A stretch of 64,000 bases of DNA from the NCBI GenBank assembly GCA_965153285.1, contig OZ229111.1; one strand, written 5' to 3'. This stretch comes from Podarcis tiliguerta. Its lineage: Eukaryota. A program made the position numbers and the translations under genes. The notes below the pieces were generated by a model. It was not told the DNA's origin, did no database searches, and saw only the letters and a list, made by a program, of their open reading frames with translations. This document shows positions 1 through 12,834 of the stretch, piece by piece (position 1 is the stretch's first letter; each line of letters opens with the position of its first letter).

Positions 1-112
1 TGACCCTCACTGCTCATCCCTAACTCAATATCGTTTATGAACCAATTAAAAAAACACAGGTACCAATACCAATCCTTGGGGGAAACTACTTTCTACATGG
101 GAGAACTGTCCT
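1..112 (-). mobile_element. Decayed CR1 LINE RT fragment
   Basis: Reverse complement resembles the PQGSVLGPxLFNxFINDL segment of CR1 RT. Confidence 0.55.
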
Positions 113-2584
113 TCCTGTTATGTAGCCTAAGAGGACCTCCCCACTTACCTAGGGAGTATGTCCAACTGAAATGAAAATGGCTTTACTGCTGAATTCACTT
201 GTCCTCTTAGAAGAGAAAGGACACAATCATTTTCAAGTGTGTTTCAGCATTTGATAGCTGTAGTCTTGTAGGGTGTTGGATAGATTCATCAATATAGATT
301 CCTCAGGTTTTTCCTTGAATTCTTTTTGCACCAAGTTGCACTTCAGTGGTAAGGCTGAACATTATGACCATTAATTCTGCCTGATATTTTGTGGCTCTTT
401 CGCTTGCGACCAAGCTACTCAGAATCAATGGCTAAACTGAGAATTGTACTCATTCTGTTTAGCATGTGGTGTAGGCCTTCACAACCCTAAGCCACAAGAG
501 AGCATTGCAGCTATTTGCATCTTTCCCAGATCATCTTCCCCTCCCCCCTTTTTAAAACTTGGGTATCTTTTCCGTAAATCACTTTCTGATCAAAAGCACA
601 GGATCTTGGAAGACATCCATGCAAGTTATTGGAACAGGATGCTGCAGCACATTCTTATCACTGTGGGTTGCTTCATTGTGCTTTTGAGCCAAAAGCCTGA
701 TCCAAATTTTTCACACTTTTATGCAATGCTATGTGAAGCTCTGCCAGTGCAACTTGTATTCTTCTGCAAGCCAGGATTCCTGAACGCTCTCATCTACTTC
801 CCTGATGCTAAGCAGGCTCGTGCATGCACGGGCTAATGGAGCAGACTTCACAGAATTTTAATCTTTAAGCTCATAAGTTCTTTTGACAGCTCTATTCACT
901 TTTACCTAGTAAATATGAAGGGTGCTTCCATTTTCACATAGCACTTCCATCACTGACCAATTGAGAGGATCATAAGTGAGTTGTTTGCTGCTTCAAAAAT
1001 GGATGAAGAGAGTATGGCTACAGGGCTCCTTTGAGACAAAGGGTGGGATTAAATTTAATATGTCGATTAAAAAAAATTAGTAATTCTCTTTTCTTCCCAG
1101 TTCAGTTCCCTGTTCTATACAAGCTAGCGTGCATTTATAGGCAAAAAGATTTCCCCAGCTCAGTTACCTGTACAAGGTATTGCAGATCATTTCTACATGC
1201 TTAAGGAAACAATGCTGAATATACCTTTGGGCTTTGCCTTTAGCGTGGAGCATGCTGAACTGAGATTTCGACAAACCTATTAGCAAGCAGAGTTTGCATC
1301 CATTAAAATAAATGAATCCACAATGGAATAGCACTAAAAAGACACTTTGTTGACTCACACCTGGCTTCCAGTTCCGCTTTCCCTTAATGGGGGCAGCCCC
1401 ATGACAGCAGAAGATAGTTGGCGAAGGGAAAAAAAAGATGATTGAGGGTAATCATTCTTGCAAATTCCTCCCAAGGGACAGAGGGAATGGGGCTTTACTC
1501 ACAGTCCATATCGGTACCTGGCGCTCGCTCCAGCATGGAATGCGGGGGCAGGGAGGCACTGAGTGCAAAAGCACTTTGTCTGGTGAAAACCCTCCAACGT
1601 CGCCATTAAGAAGCAGAGATTCTACTGTTAATTAGAACTTAATTGGAGTAAAGTACAGGCACATGCTAAAAGAGATGAGATCACAAACTGCGGAACAAAC
1701 CAACTGCAAGGACTTTAAGGTTTGAACTTGAGATAAGACTTCATTTGGTACAAAAGACGGTGGGGAAGAGGGGAGCCTACAGTTTCTTTATTTAAAGTTT
1801 TCTTCTCTACATTTATGATTCGGCAACCCTCCTCTGAATGTTAGTTCAAATTATATTTGTACAAGTGAGGATGGAAGAAATTGGATTATAAATATGGAAT
1901 ATAACACCAAACGGAACTGTTTGTGTAACAAAAAGGAGAAAGGGAGGGAAGCTGTATTTTGCAAAAGGTGTATGACGGAAACTTAGAGCTGACTCTTCCC
2001 CATCCTATATTATTTACAAAGTGAACTTAATAATGCTAAGAGGACTTTGAATTTAATTTAATTGGAAGTATAATTGCTCATATATCTTCAGTTGGAAGGA
2101 AGGATGAAAGGAGTCTATGAGCTGCCAAGGAACTGATAAGGTTCTTCACTGAGTCATCTGCAGTTCGACAGACTGCTCTCCTTCCCAGGCTGAGAAGAAA
2201 AATGGTGACAACAGTTTATTTACTGGGACAGAGCGACTATTGCATCTGTTGTTAAAGTTCTCTGTCCAAAAAACCCGACTATAATAATTGGCCAGAAGGA
2301 GCCTGAGTTTCACTTTCTCTTTCTATCTCTTCTTTCTGGTGTGCTGTTCTGTACATAGTACACTTAGTGTTAAGGTTTAGACTTATTATAAGTATTGTAA
2401 GTTTAGGTTAAGTCTGCTGCAACTGGATTTCTTATGGACAGTGCCAATCCTGGGTGTATTGGATTTGTGATCATTATGCTCATTTGCCTTCAGTAGCAGT
2501 AAAGCTCTGCTGGATTAAATACAATTGCCTGTGATCTGTTTTGGGGGATCCTGCAACATGTTTAAGTTTTTACTCTGCTAACTA

Positions 2585-2926
2585 GGAGCGTCTCAACCCC
2601 CATCGTTCAGCCCGGACACTGAGATCTAGTGCCGAGGGCCTTCTGGCGGTTCCCTCATTGCGAGAAGTGAGGCTACAGGGAACCAGACAGAGGGCCTTCT
2701 CAGTAGTGGCACCCGCCCTGTGGAACGCCCTCCCATCAGATGTCAAAGAGATAAACAACTACCTGACATTCAGAAGACATCTTAAGGCAGCCCTGTTCAG
2801 GGAAGTTTTTAATATGTAACACTGTACTGTTTTTAACACTTGATTGGGAGCCGCCCAGTGGCTGGGGAAACTCAGCCAGATGGGCGGGGTATAAATAATA
2901 AATTATTATTATTGTTATTATTATTA
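2585..2926 (+). mobile_element. L2-clade LINE 3' end with (ATT)n tail
   Basis: gccttctcagtagtggcacccgccctgtggaacgccctccc (AFSVVAPALWNALP, typical L2 ORF2 C-terminus), then gggcggggtataaataataaa and ATT repeats. Confidence 0.85.
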
Positions 2927-5634
2927 GCTATACATTGGAGTTCTGCTCTAGATCAATATTGAGTAGAATTTCATGACAATACAGGAGGTAGCAAGGGGGA
3001 GGAGAGGAGGGGGGAGTTTTTTTGCCGGAGCAGAAGCCTGTTTTGCAACAGTGTTGGATACAGCCCAGTGTTAGAATGAACCCAGTGGTAAACACACAGT
3101 GAGATGGATGTCATCTCTACTGTGATCAAAGCTGCCAAGGAAAGTGTAGCTGTCGTCATGGACATCCCTGTCACTCTCTGCATGTATGCTTCAAATCGTG
3201 CTAATCTTGCTCCTCAAGACAATGTACTCACATACATGTTTGTGTGGAGGAATTTGGCAAATACAGAAAATGCCAAAGCCGCAGCCAAACAGTACACAAG
3301 ATCTGCCTGCCCCCATAAGCCAGCCAGGCTTTGCAAGTCGCAGTGTGTCGCTGTGTCCACACATTCTCTTCCAGGCCTACCTGTAGATGTTGGTAATAGA
3401 TCCTGGGACCTTCTGCATGGAAAGCAGATGGTCTCTATCACCAAGCTACAGCCCTGTCCTCTATAAATGCACATGCAGCCTGCTTTACGTGTTAACCGGA
3501 TTTATACTTCAGCAAAAGACTTCAGTATCTCATGGAAAGACATGGTTTCAACAGATGAACATTAGCAACGTGCACAGTGGAAGCAGAGAGTGCAGAAATA
3601 AGTGGCTGGATGCCTGTATGTGGAGAGACGTCACTGGGAATTCACATGTTTCTTTTTTTCTTGCACCACTCAAATTTCTCCTTGATCCATGAATCATTGT
3701 AATTTCTAAGTAAAGCATAATTAGAAGGAATGTAGACCTCCATGTCGTATAATTGAAAAATATGTTTATGGAATAAATCAATAACAGCCTGTTTTGCAAA
3801 AGTGGCTTTGAACTGGCTAATTGGATTAGCAGCAGATGGTGGCTTTTCAATTGTCTTGGCTTAGAGCAACTGATTGCTTTTAAAAAATAATAATCACAAA
3901 AGACTTTTATTTAAGACAGATATTCCATAATCTGGGAATATCTATCTCTTCTCATCTGCCTGTGGCCTATTGTGCAATTTGAGTAATTCATAACTTTAGT
4001 GCTCATCTTATTTCACTTGTTTAAAAACAGCACTGTGTTGACAGACACATTTTCCCCTTTAGGACAATGTGTTCCCTTGCAACATTGTTCCTATAAATTA
4101 AGCATGTTGCTTTGCTAGGAATTTTAACAGGATCTTTCTATTGTACCAGATTCTTTGGTTTCTGCCTCTGTTTTGCTTCGTTCACATCTATTAATGACAG
4201 CATTGGGGTGAAGAGCCAAGCTCTAATTTGAGTTTTATAATTTCCTAACTTAAGCATTTTTTTCATGCAGTTCACTTGCTGCAATAAACCTCTGATTTGC
4301 CTTATTTATTCATTTTTAATTGAATTGTATCAGTGTTTTAATGCACTCTGAAAGCTTGGTTTAGGGCCCAATAAGCATTTTCTATTTCCATTGCTGTCTT
4401 TTGAAGTTAAAAGCAGTAAAACTCTATATGGAGTTTCCTTTGATACTTCAGAAGCTCCAGCTGGTGTGTAGCAGACAACCTGTCACGTTGTCCTCTCATC
4501 CTCATAGGGTAACATCTCACAGCAAAACTTCTCAGTAACCAGAGATTAGAAGCCAGGCTTCTCTGTAGCAAAACAGGATAAAATGATGGCCAGAGACAGT
4601 TACAACACAGGGGGCATACACTAACAAGGTCAAAGGAGGGGGAGAAACAAATAGATGCTCTGGTCTAGAATATCATTAAAAAGGTGAGGGGGGCAAGTCA
4701 GTCTTGTAGCCTATTAAAAAGAATTGAATAAAGGGGTCTTGAAAGGGCAGGATATTGATCCTCAAGTGGTAGCCTTGCCATTTCCTTTTGAAAGGCTACT
4801 ATTCTGCATATATGGACAGTGTGTTCATTTTTATCAAACCCTTTATTCACACCCTTTAAAACCCCAGGTGTCATGAAGTATTATAATGCGGGAAAGTACA
4901 ACAAAGGCCTCCTGCACTCGTAGGGCCAGTTCTTTTGATCACCCTTCGTGATGGAACTGTTGTAAAGCTGCTGTACAGAACAGGCCTTTTAAAATAAGAA
5001 GGGCAGGTTTAAAAAAAAAAAAAAAGATGGCCAGGTGGCAAATCTCGATCTGCTCAGTCACCTGCTTTTATCAGCTTTGCATAAGTACCTGGCACCAATT
5101 CATGCCCTTTTCTAAACTGGAAGGTTTCCAGTTTCACAGTTTATGTTTCCTGTAGTAACTGCAAGCAGGGACAATTATCTTTTCATTGCATTTTGTTTAT
5201 GTCATCTGTACTGTGAAGTATCATACTGATCCATGCCTATATACGCTATCTTACTCTTAATCATTTTTTATTTTATCACTATAATTTATATCCTACACAA
5301 AAACACACCCACACTATAATAGAACAATAGCAAACTTGTTCTTATGCTATTTAACAGCTGACTGTATTCATTATTTGACAATAATTAGCAAAGGGCCTGT
5401 TAGAAGTTCCGTATTGTTTTTATTACCTTAGGCTTCAACGTGTCTGTCTAAATTAAATTCAACGACACCAGATCTTTAGGGTTATCCTTTTAAGGTTAAA
5501 TGCTAAACTTACTTTTTGTTCAAAAAAATGTATTAGCATTGAGTCTATTGCAACGTTTCAGTTTCTAAGTTTTGCACACAGAGATCCAAAGCTTGATCAT
5601 TGGCATCTCTAGTTCAAAAGGCCAGGTAGTAAGT

Positions 5635-5770
5635 CAGGCATAGGCAAACTCGGCCCTCCAGATGTTTTGGGACTACAATTCCCATCATCCCTGACCACTA
5701 GTCCTGTTAGCTAGGGATCATGGGAGTTGTAGTCCCAAAACATCTGGAGGGCCGAGTTTGCCTATTCGTG
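5635..5770. mobile_element. Palindromic hAT-type MITE (136 bp), near-intact copy
   Basis: Arms caggcataggcaaactcggccctccagatgttttgggactacaa / ttgtagtcccaaaacatctggagggccgagtttgcctattcgtg. 8-bp TSD tagtaagt / taataagt (7 of 8 match). Confidence 0.9.
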
Positions 5771-6866
5771 TAATAAGTGTTTTAAAACGCTGTGAAGAGC
5801 TCAGTCCGCCACAGTGGGAAACACTGGGTTAAAGGGGGGGGGGAATAATCTGATCTTCTATAAGACAACTTCCTAAGTTTGTACCAATTTATCAATTGCT
5901 ATTTTGTATGGAGCAGGTAGAAGCGGTACTGCTAAGATCCCTAGGGCTGCCATTGCATGCATACTTTTTTCAAATAAGCATGCACGAGACTACGTGTTGC
6001 TTAAAAAACAGAACCGTACATTCTGTTCTGTAAAAAAAAAGGGGGGGGGAGATACTACTACCAATATATTTCTGATACAGCAGAAAAAATGGGATTAATT
6101 TTGTAAACCTGCATTACTTTAGTTGGGCCACATGCACTATTTTTCATGCACACTCCCAATCTTCTGTCTATTTGTTTTTTACTTGCCAAGATTAAAGCAT
6201 CTTTACAGTCCATCCATCCTGTTTTTCTTCACTTTTCTTTCCATACATGAGTTTTGCAATAGGAAAGGGCATTTCTTCAAAGTGGACTGCTCACTCGCAG
6301 CTGTAATAGTATCAATCTATGTGGGCTTGAACTGGTACAGAAATAGCTATGGGAGCTTATTCTCAGCTTGCGAGCAGGAAATGGTTTACCAATTGCTGAA
6401 GCAAAATGTTAAGAAACGTTTCATTTAAAAAACCCCTATTTTACCCTCCAGTAAACAAAGTGGTTTTGTTTATTTCTTTAAAGTAAACTTATCTAGTCCC
6501 CTGCATTGCCAAGTACAGCTGTTCATGCCAATGTGAGCTGCTAGCTTTTGCCTGCAGCTTCCATGCAGCTTCCCCAGCACTGGGTTTCTTGAAACCAGAT
6601 CACAATTAAACCGTCCAAATTCCATGACACGTAGAAAACCTTTAACATGCTTTGTAAATTACCTATCGCAACAACTCCTGAGAAGGGCCTGTGAAATAGT
6701 TGGTTGTTTGATAGAATGTTTATGCAACCATAGAAAGAAACAGGAACAATATTAAAGTCCAGAAGGATGGTCAAACAGGTTTATCAGATACACACTAAGG
6801 CTGAAGTTGTGCATGCACTGTCAAGCACATTAATGGTCTCTCAGGAATCTTCCCTTCAGCTTCTCA

Positions 6867-6950
6867 AGAACATAAGGATAGCCCTGGTGGATCAGTCCAG
6901 GCTCCTGTTCTCACAGTGACCAACCAAATGCTCTTGGGAATCTTGTGACC
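6867..6950 (-). mobile_element. CR1 3' terminus
   Basis: aagaacataag...ggatcag...cctgttctcacagtg is the reverse complement of the reptile CR1 3' tail (ttatgttctt). Confidence 0.65.
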
Positions 6951-6972
6951 AGTTTAAAAGCTGCTTTGCCAC

Positions 6973-7406
6973 TGTAATGGTTCTAGGGATTGCTTGTGCG
7001 TAAGTTGCCTTTACTCGTGACTATCTTGCATGGTTGAACCCTTTCTGAGAGAGCAGCCTCTTTCTCGTGGCTGCCTCAGTCGCTGGCAGAATCCGTCAGT
7101 GGGTGTTTCTTAAAACGCTTCCAACATAAAAGCTGCTTGACGCCCAGTCTCCTCCCCCGTTGCCTGCGTGAAAGTTTTTTGTGCACTGTGGGCGCGGGCA
7201 ACGGAGCACTTGTCCCCTCTCCGCTTGTCTCCTGCGAAGAGTCCTGGAGCCAACTCTCCGCTTCCTCTATCTCCTCCCCTTCTCCACTGGTGTTGCGCTG
7301 ATTTCCTTCCCCAGCGTATGGGCTATCCCTCCTCCTACTGGGACCCTCTCCACCATCATCCGGGAGCCCTCTCGCCTCCTCCTGTTCCGATGGCAGTTCC
7401 CTGACA
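6973..7406 (-). mobile_element. Solo LTR (434 bp) inserted in CR1 ORF1
   Basis: TGT...ACA termini, exact 5-bp TSD GCCAC (6968-6972 and 7407-7411). The CR1 sequence resumes on both sides. Confidence 0.88.
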
Positions 7407-7610
7407 GCCACATTTTTTATTTTAAGTACCAGCAGTTTGTTTCCATTGCGGTTCAAATGGAGGAGCCCATTCCTCTTGTAAAGGCCTGGCTTGTCCCATA
7501 ATGTTCCCCAGTGCCTAACAAATCCAAAACCCTCTTCCCAATACCATTGTGTCATCCACACATCAGGACTGCAAAACTGCCTGTCCAGTTGGTCCTGTGT
7601 GTGAAACTGG
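7407..7610 (-). mobile_element. CR1 ORF1 fragment (SGNH esterase-like C-terminus)
   Basis: WMTQWYWEEGFGFVRHWGTLWDKPGLYKRNGLLHLNRNGNKLL resembles the DGLHL-type esterase end of CR1 ORF1. It continues at 6955-6972 beyond the LTR. Confidence 0.8.
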
Positions 7611-9691
7611 CAGCATTTCGATAAAGCCTTGTTGGTCCTGGTTTTCAACATACAACTGGTTTTCAACATACAACAGCCTAAAGATCTCCAATAAGATGTG
7701 AAAAACTGTTATTACACCGCCCCTCTGCCTGTCTGCCATTTCTCATTGGGATATCCCTGTCTGAGGTAGTTTGTCCACTTATAATTGCAGTGTATTACTT
7801 TCAAAAGCCTGCCTATGATGATCATAGTCTTCTATTCAAAACTGTAATTTGCATTTGTTCAGCTGTTATTTCCATCATTGTTCCAGCGTTGAGTAAACAG
7901 ACAGTGTCAGCTTTTTGGAATATTACATATTCACGTTCTTCTATATTCTGCAAGTTATGTGAGATGTTCTCAGTGGTGGTCACGAGGGCCCTATATTTTA
8001 GTATATATTGAAACCACATTGTTGCATACCATGAGTCTTATTTCATGTTCCTTGCTTCACTGCAGCCACTCACATTCTGCTAAAACCTACTATGCTATTT
8101 GACATCTATCTTTTATAAACAAGTCCCTCTAATGCATTTTCAGAGAGGGTTACTTACCAGATGAAGCTATTTTAGCCTGAACATTTTAAACTATTAAACC
8201 TAGGCTCTCCACATTAGCCAAAGCACATATTTTAACCCCTGTGACTATTTCATGCTTAACTCCATAAAGCTAAGACAGAAAAGACGACTAATGTAAATAC
8301 ACATTGCTATTTGCCTTGCTGATGCTGATGCTGTTTATTCTCTTAACAATAAGTTTTGCAGTTCCCAATAAGAAATAAATATTAGTTGATTAGTGAATAT
8401 TGTTGGTCACTGATGGTCTCTACATGAACATACACCTTTGTTTTTAAATGTGATATATAAGAGAAACGTTCAATTTACTTCATTTTTGCCCGTCGTACAC
8501 ATCAGGAAACATTTCTCCTTAAAAGGCCAGAAGGGTCACCACTGCAAAGAAAACTCTGGTCAATGGGATGATCATAAAAAGAAGGTTTTATCCAACTAAG
8601 TTCTAACCAAAAGAGACCCACTGAAATTAATGGACCTCATTTAGCCATGTCCATTAATTTTAAAGGGTTGACTCTGAATATTACTAGCACTGGATACAAC
8701 CCATACATTTGTTTTTGTAAATAGCTACCAAACTTTTAAGTTTTTTGTTCTGTTCAGCTAAGAAATTAAGATACTGGTTTAAAAGAACTGAGGATGGCCA
8801 GCCCTTGAGCCAGAAGCTGCATCTGTTGCTGTTTGTGACCACAGCATAAGAATGACTGCTGCCGTCATCCATCTTACTTTCCTTCTGCTCCATGTTCTGT
8901 GATACAGAACTGGAGTTTCATTTGCTATCAGAAGAAGGAAAGCAGGACAAGAGAATGGACTGTCACACTACTGAGAAGGGTATCACCTTTCTGACCGAAA
9001 GTTAATGTGCTGGTGCTGTTAAACAAGAGAAAAGTGTCTCCTGATCAGGACCCTAAGTGTGTTGATTGCAGTCATGTCAAGGATTTAGCTGAAAAGCAGT
9101 TGTGTGCTACTGACTGTGTTCTAGTTTTCGACTATTTTAGAGAGTTCCAACTGTTTCTGGTTAAACTAAAATGTGTCTGAAACAACAGTTTGGCTTTTTT
9201 CTTTTTTTCTTTTTGCACTGGCAGCATGCATAAGCGTGCTTCAGCTCAGCCAATTTTCTTTTAGACAGATCTTTCAATGTAAAGCTTTTTTCAATGCTCT
9301 TGAGCAGGTTTTTGATAACATTGTCCTGTGAAAGCAATATATCCTTCAACATCTCACAGACATAAATATAGGTACGTCTGTTGTACACCTTCTCTGACCC
9401 TTTATTGGTCATAGTAAATATAGTTAGATGATGCACGCACGTGCACACACACATCTTAGGGCTGTGCCATTTAAAAGTCCAGTGAGGCCTAACATTCTGC
9501 TCCTAATAAACCAGAATTGCTTGTGATCTAAGCTCACCCAATACACTTGAAAAGGTCCACACACAGAACAAGGGGCAAAGTATCCTGATGGTATAGACTG
9601 GGCTGTTCACATGTGAGGGTTTATTTTCAGGCATCCATGCTCAGTGCGCATCAGGGATGGCGCTAGTCCAGCTGCACATCATTGCAGATGA

Positions 9692-10059
9692 GGTTTATTC
9701 TAGAAGTTTTAGGATGGCCTGAGATAGAAGCCAGAAAAGATAGCTAGCTAGTGAAGTGTAGGTGGGTTCCCACAAAGCAAGACACAGCAAGAACCTTTAT
9801 TGAACTAACAGAACTGGACAACAGGGGCAAAGCAACTGCTTATATACATTTCTGAAGGCCTGAGCCACTTCCACTCCCAACGTGATTGGCTGTCTAAACT
9901 CCCAAGCTGCAAATCATAACTCAGAGTTTAAGGGCCAATGGCAGTGGCCCAAATCCTGAAATGTTCTGTGATTGGATATCATGTATCAAATCAGAACACA
10001 GGGGCTCAGAATCCTTAGTCCAGACTTAAGCTCAGGCAAACACAGACCACTGAATAACA
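9692..10059 (-). mobile_element. Solo LTR (~368 bp) with conventional CCAAT, TATA and polyA signals
   Basis: 5-bp TSD GATGA (9687-9691 and 10060-10064). Right end gaataaca; left end ggtttattc (mutated inverted match). On the - strand: CCAAT boxes, TATATAA (~9841-9847), AATAAA (~9796-9801). Confidence 0.7.
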
Positions 10060-10140
10060 GATGATGATAGATGATAGATAGATAGATGATAGATGATAGA
10101 TAGATAGACAGATATAGATAGATAGATAGATAGATAGATA
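10060..10140 (+). repeat. (GATA)n imperfect microsatellite
   Basis: Read directly. Confidence 0.95.
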
Positions 10141-11602
10141 CAGATTTTTTTGTTTTCTAATTTAGAACAAATATGCACTTTACATACATAAATACATTCA
10201 TAACCCTTTATCTTTTTCTCTTACACAGACTACACATACATGTTTCTCTCTCTCTCATACAGACACACACCCTGACCGTGTTAATACCCATTGTTCCTTC
10301 TTATCCTCACCCACATACTTTAAAAACAAAATAGCCCTTATAGGGGGCTAACCAATTAACTATGGTCGGTTCCACATGGCTGGTGGGCAGGAAATGGCTG
10401 AGTGAATAGGCTGATTCCTCTGTCCCCACGCTTTTGGGGGAGAGTTACCCCAAAGGGCTAAACAACTGTTTGCCACCAGCTCCAAGGAACAGACAAGCCA
10501 GAAACTCCTGAGGGAATAGAACAATCCATGTCTCTCTTTCTCAAAAAGAATAAGAAAAATGGACAACAATAGGGAATGAAGACAGCTTAAGCAAAGGGTT
10601 AAAGTACTTTTTGGTATCAGGGTGCAAGGGTGGGTCATCTGTCTGGCAGGTTTCCATATTTGCTGTTCAAGGGGGACTTTCTTTTCTGCTTTATAACCTA
10701 ATCAGCAGCGTGGGAAGTCATAATCTAGAAGTGTCTATAGTTTCTGTGCCAATTATGCTCTTGCCTTGAGCACAGGAAACCATCTACCTGGTGAGAGTCA
10801 TGAGATTACTGGTTTGGATAGCAATACCTTTTGGCTTGAAAAGAGTCTGCAACTTTGACTATGTGGGATGTCTAACTAAGCTGGTTTCATAGTTCAAGGC
10901 CTATTACCCTGATGCAAATGAACCAGCCTCTAAAGATGCAAAATACTTTGTTCCTCGTTGTGGCTTGCCCACTGAAAACTTTTAACTTCATTTCTGTGCT
11001 TATCCTGAATAAACATCCTCCCACATATCAAAACACCCAGAGGATGCTAGTCCTTTGTACAACAGTTGCAATGAATTACCCAGCCCCTCATTATGGTTGA
11101 ATGGAATTAGCCTTCTCATGAAGGCTGTGGATGGGAAAAAAATCTCTCATTTCGGCTGGCCACGGCCCGCCACAACTTTGGCTGCTTAGCAGAGCCACCA
11201 GTCTGCCTGCCAGTGGCCAAATAACCGCAACAGGAGTCAGCTTTAGTTCTCAGGCTAATTAGTCCCAGGCATTTTGGAATCAAGGGAAAGTTTGAATGGG
11301 GGAAACAGGAACAAATGACATTTGCACATTGTTTTAGAATTAGGCTTCTGTTTATTTACTGTTCACAATAGGTATGCTACAACGGCTGCTCCCCTCCACA
11401 CTGTTAAGAGATATATGATCCCAAACTCTTGGGATCCTGTATTCCACTTAATTGAATTGGGCTTATTCTCCTATGAGTGTACACAGGATTGCAACCGAAG
11501 TCTTTTGGGATAGCACACCATGGTGGCCAGCTTAAAAACTTCAATCATGTTAATCAACCAATCTATGAATGATCTTGTTTTATGTTATTATGTGTGGGGA
11601 AA

Positions 11603-11604
<2 letters not shown>

Positions 11605-11636
<32 letters not shown>
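11605..11636. repeat. (TA)n microsatellite
   Basis: Read directly. Confidence 0.95.
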
Positions 11637-11638
<2 letters not shown>

Positions 11639-12605
11639 CCTGCTCACAGTGCACATTAGCTCCATCTAAGTAATGGAAGACTCTTGACATATACCAGATC
11701 TTAGATAGCATCCATTTCGAGAGCTTGGCATTTTCCCCAAGTAAACAGCCTTATAAGCACAGAAGGGTTTGCCTTGCGAACACACAAAGCGAGAGCAATC
11801 AGCCTAAGAGGGAAGGTCTCTTAGATCGGAGTCCAAGAGAAGATTTGCCAAAACAACTTATAGAGAAGGGACATAAATGCTCATGCATAAATACTTATTG
11901 TTTACCTTCAGCTGGTCAAAACTAGTCAAGATTCAAAAGAGATGAGTCCAATGTTATGCCGTGTGTTTATAGCTTTGTGATGCACTGATCTAAGGCAGAT
12001 CTCACTTAAATAAAAGCGACCAAAAGCAATCACTGAGCTAGTCAGAGACATTGGAGTATAGCAGATATGCATGAAAGGGAGGCTCTGATGAAGTGTATTC
12101 ACATTAAGATTGACTGCGCCTGAGTTGGACAACTCTTCAGATGCATAAGAGAGACTGGACAAAAATCTTTAGTTGCTTAAACAGCTCTATTTGCACATCT
12201 GGAGAAATCCCAAGCCATAGGTTATAGGGTGTGTTTCGTTTGTTTAATGCCAGGCACCATATGGAGAGCGGAGATTGAAGTACCAGTTCTCTGCTCTCAA
12301 CATCACCAGATTTTCTGCCCTGCAAATGGGCCCACAGGGATTTTGAGACAGACAGCAGAAACTGTGGGAAGACACATCTTGAGCCAGTCAACCGCACCCT
12401 ACATCCTTCTTTTCAACCTCCAGGGCTCGCTGCAGTTCATCTACCTGTGCAATTTGCTGCTGAAGGCAATTAGAGCAGCAATGGAGAACCTCCAGCCCAG
12501 GGGCCAAATACTCCAGGGCTGGATCTAGACACCTCAAAGAAGTGTTTCAGTTAAATGTGTTGTAAACTTTGTATGAGAAATCGGGTTGGCAAAAACAGAA
12601 CTCCA

Positions 12606-12620
12606 CAGCGCCATCTGGTG
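12606..12620 (-). promoter_or_regulatory. Candidate CTCF motif
   Basis: The - strand reads CACCAGATGGCGCTG, close to the CTCF core CCASYAGRKGGCRS, and keeps a CpG. Confidence 0.55.
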
Positions 12621-12834
12621 TCACAGTGTTATAATGCAAATACAATGCATATAAAGTGCTTTTTCTTTGCCAATGTACTATAGCTGAGTCCCAAGACACT
12701 CGTCAAGCTGCACGTCTCACTAGCCAGGCCCCTCACTGGCCCAGCTTCACAGTTTCCTTGCTGGAAAGTTTCCTGGAACTCTAATGCCGCTTGCTTACCT
12801 TGAGGATAAAAAGCAAGCATGTGAGTGTGTGTAG

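Noticed and set aside
4481-4720. Possible LTR beginning TGTCACG
   Set aside because: No matching CA end with a TSD could be found.
8158-8269. Minus-strand exon-like segment with good splice sites
   Set aside because: No recognisable coding content or partner exons; indistinguishable from a pseudo-exon.
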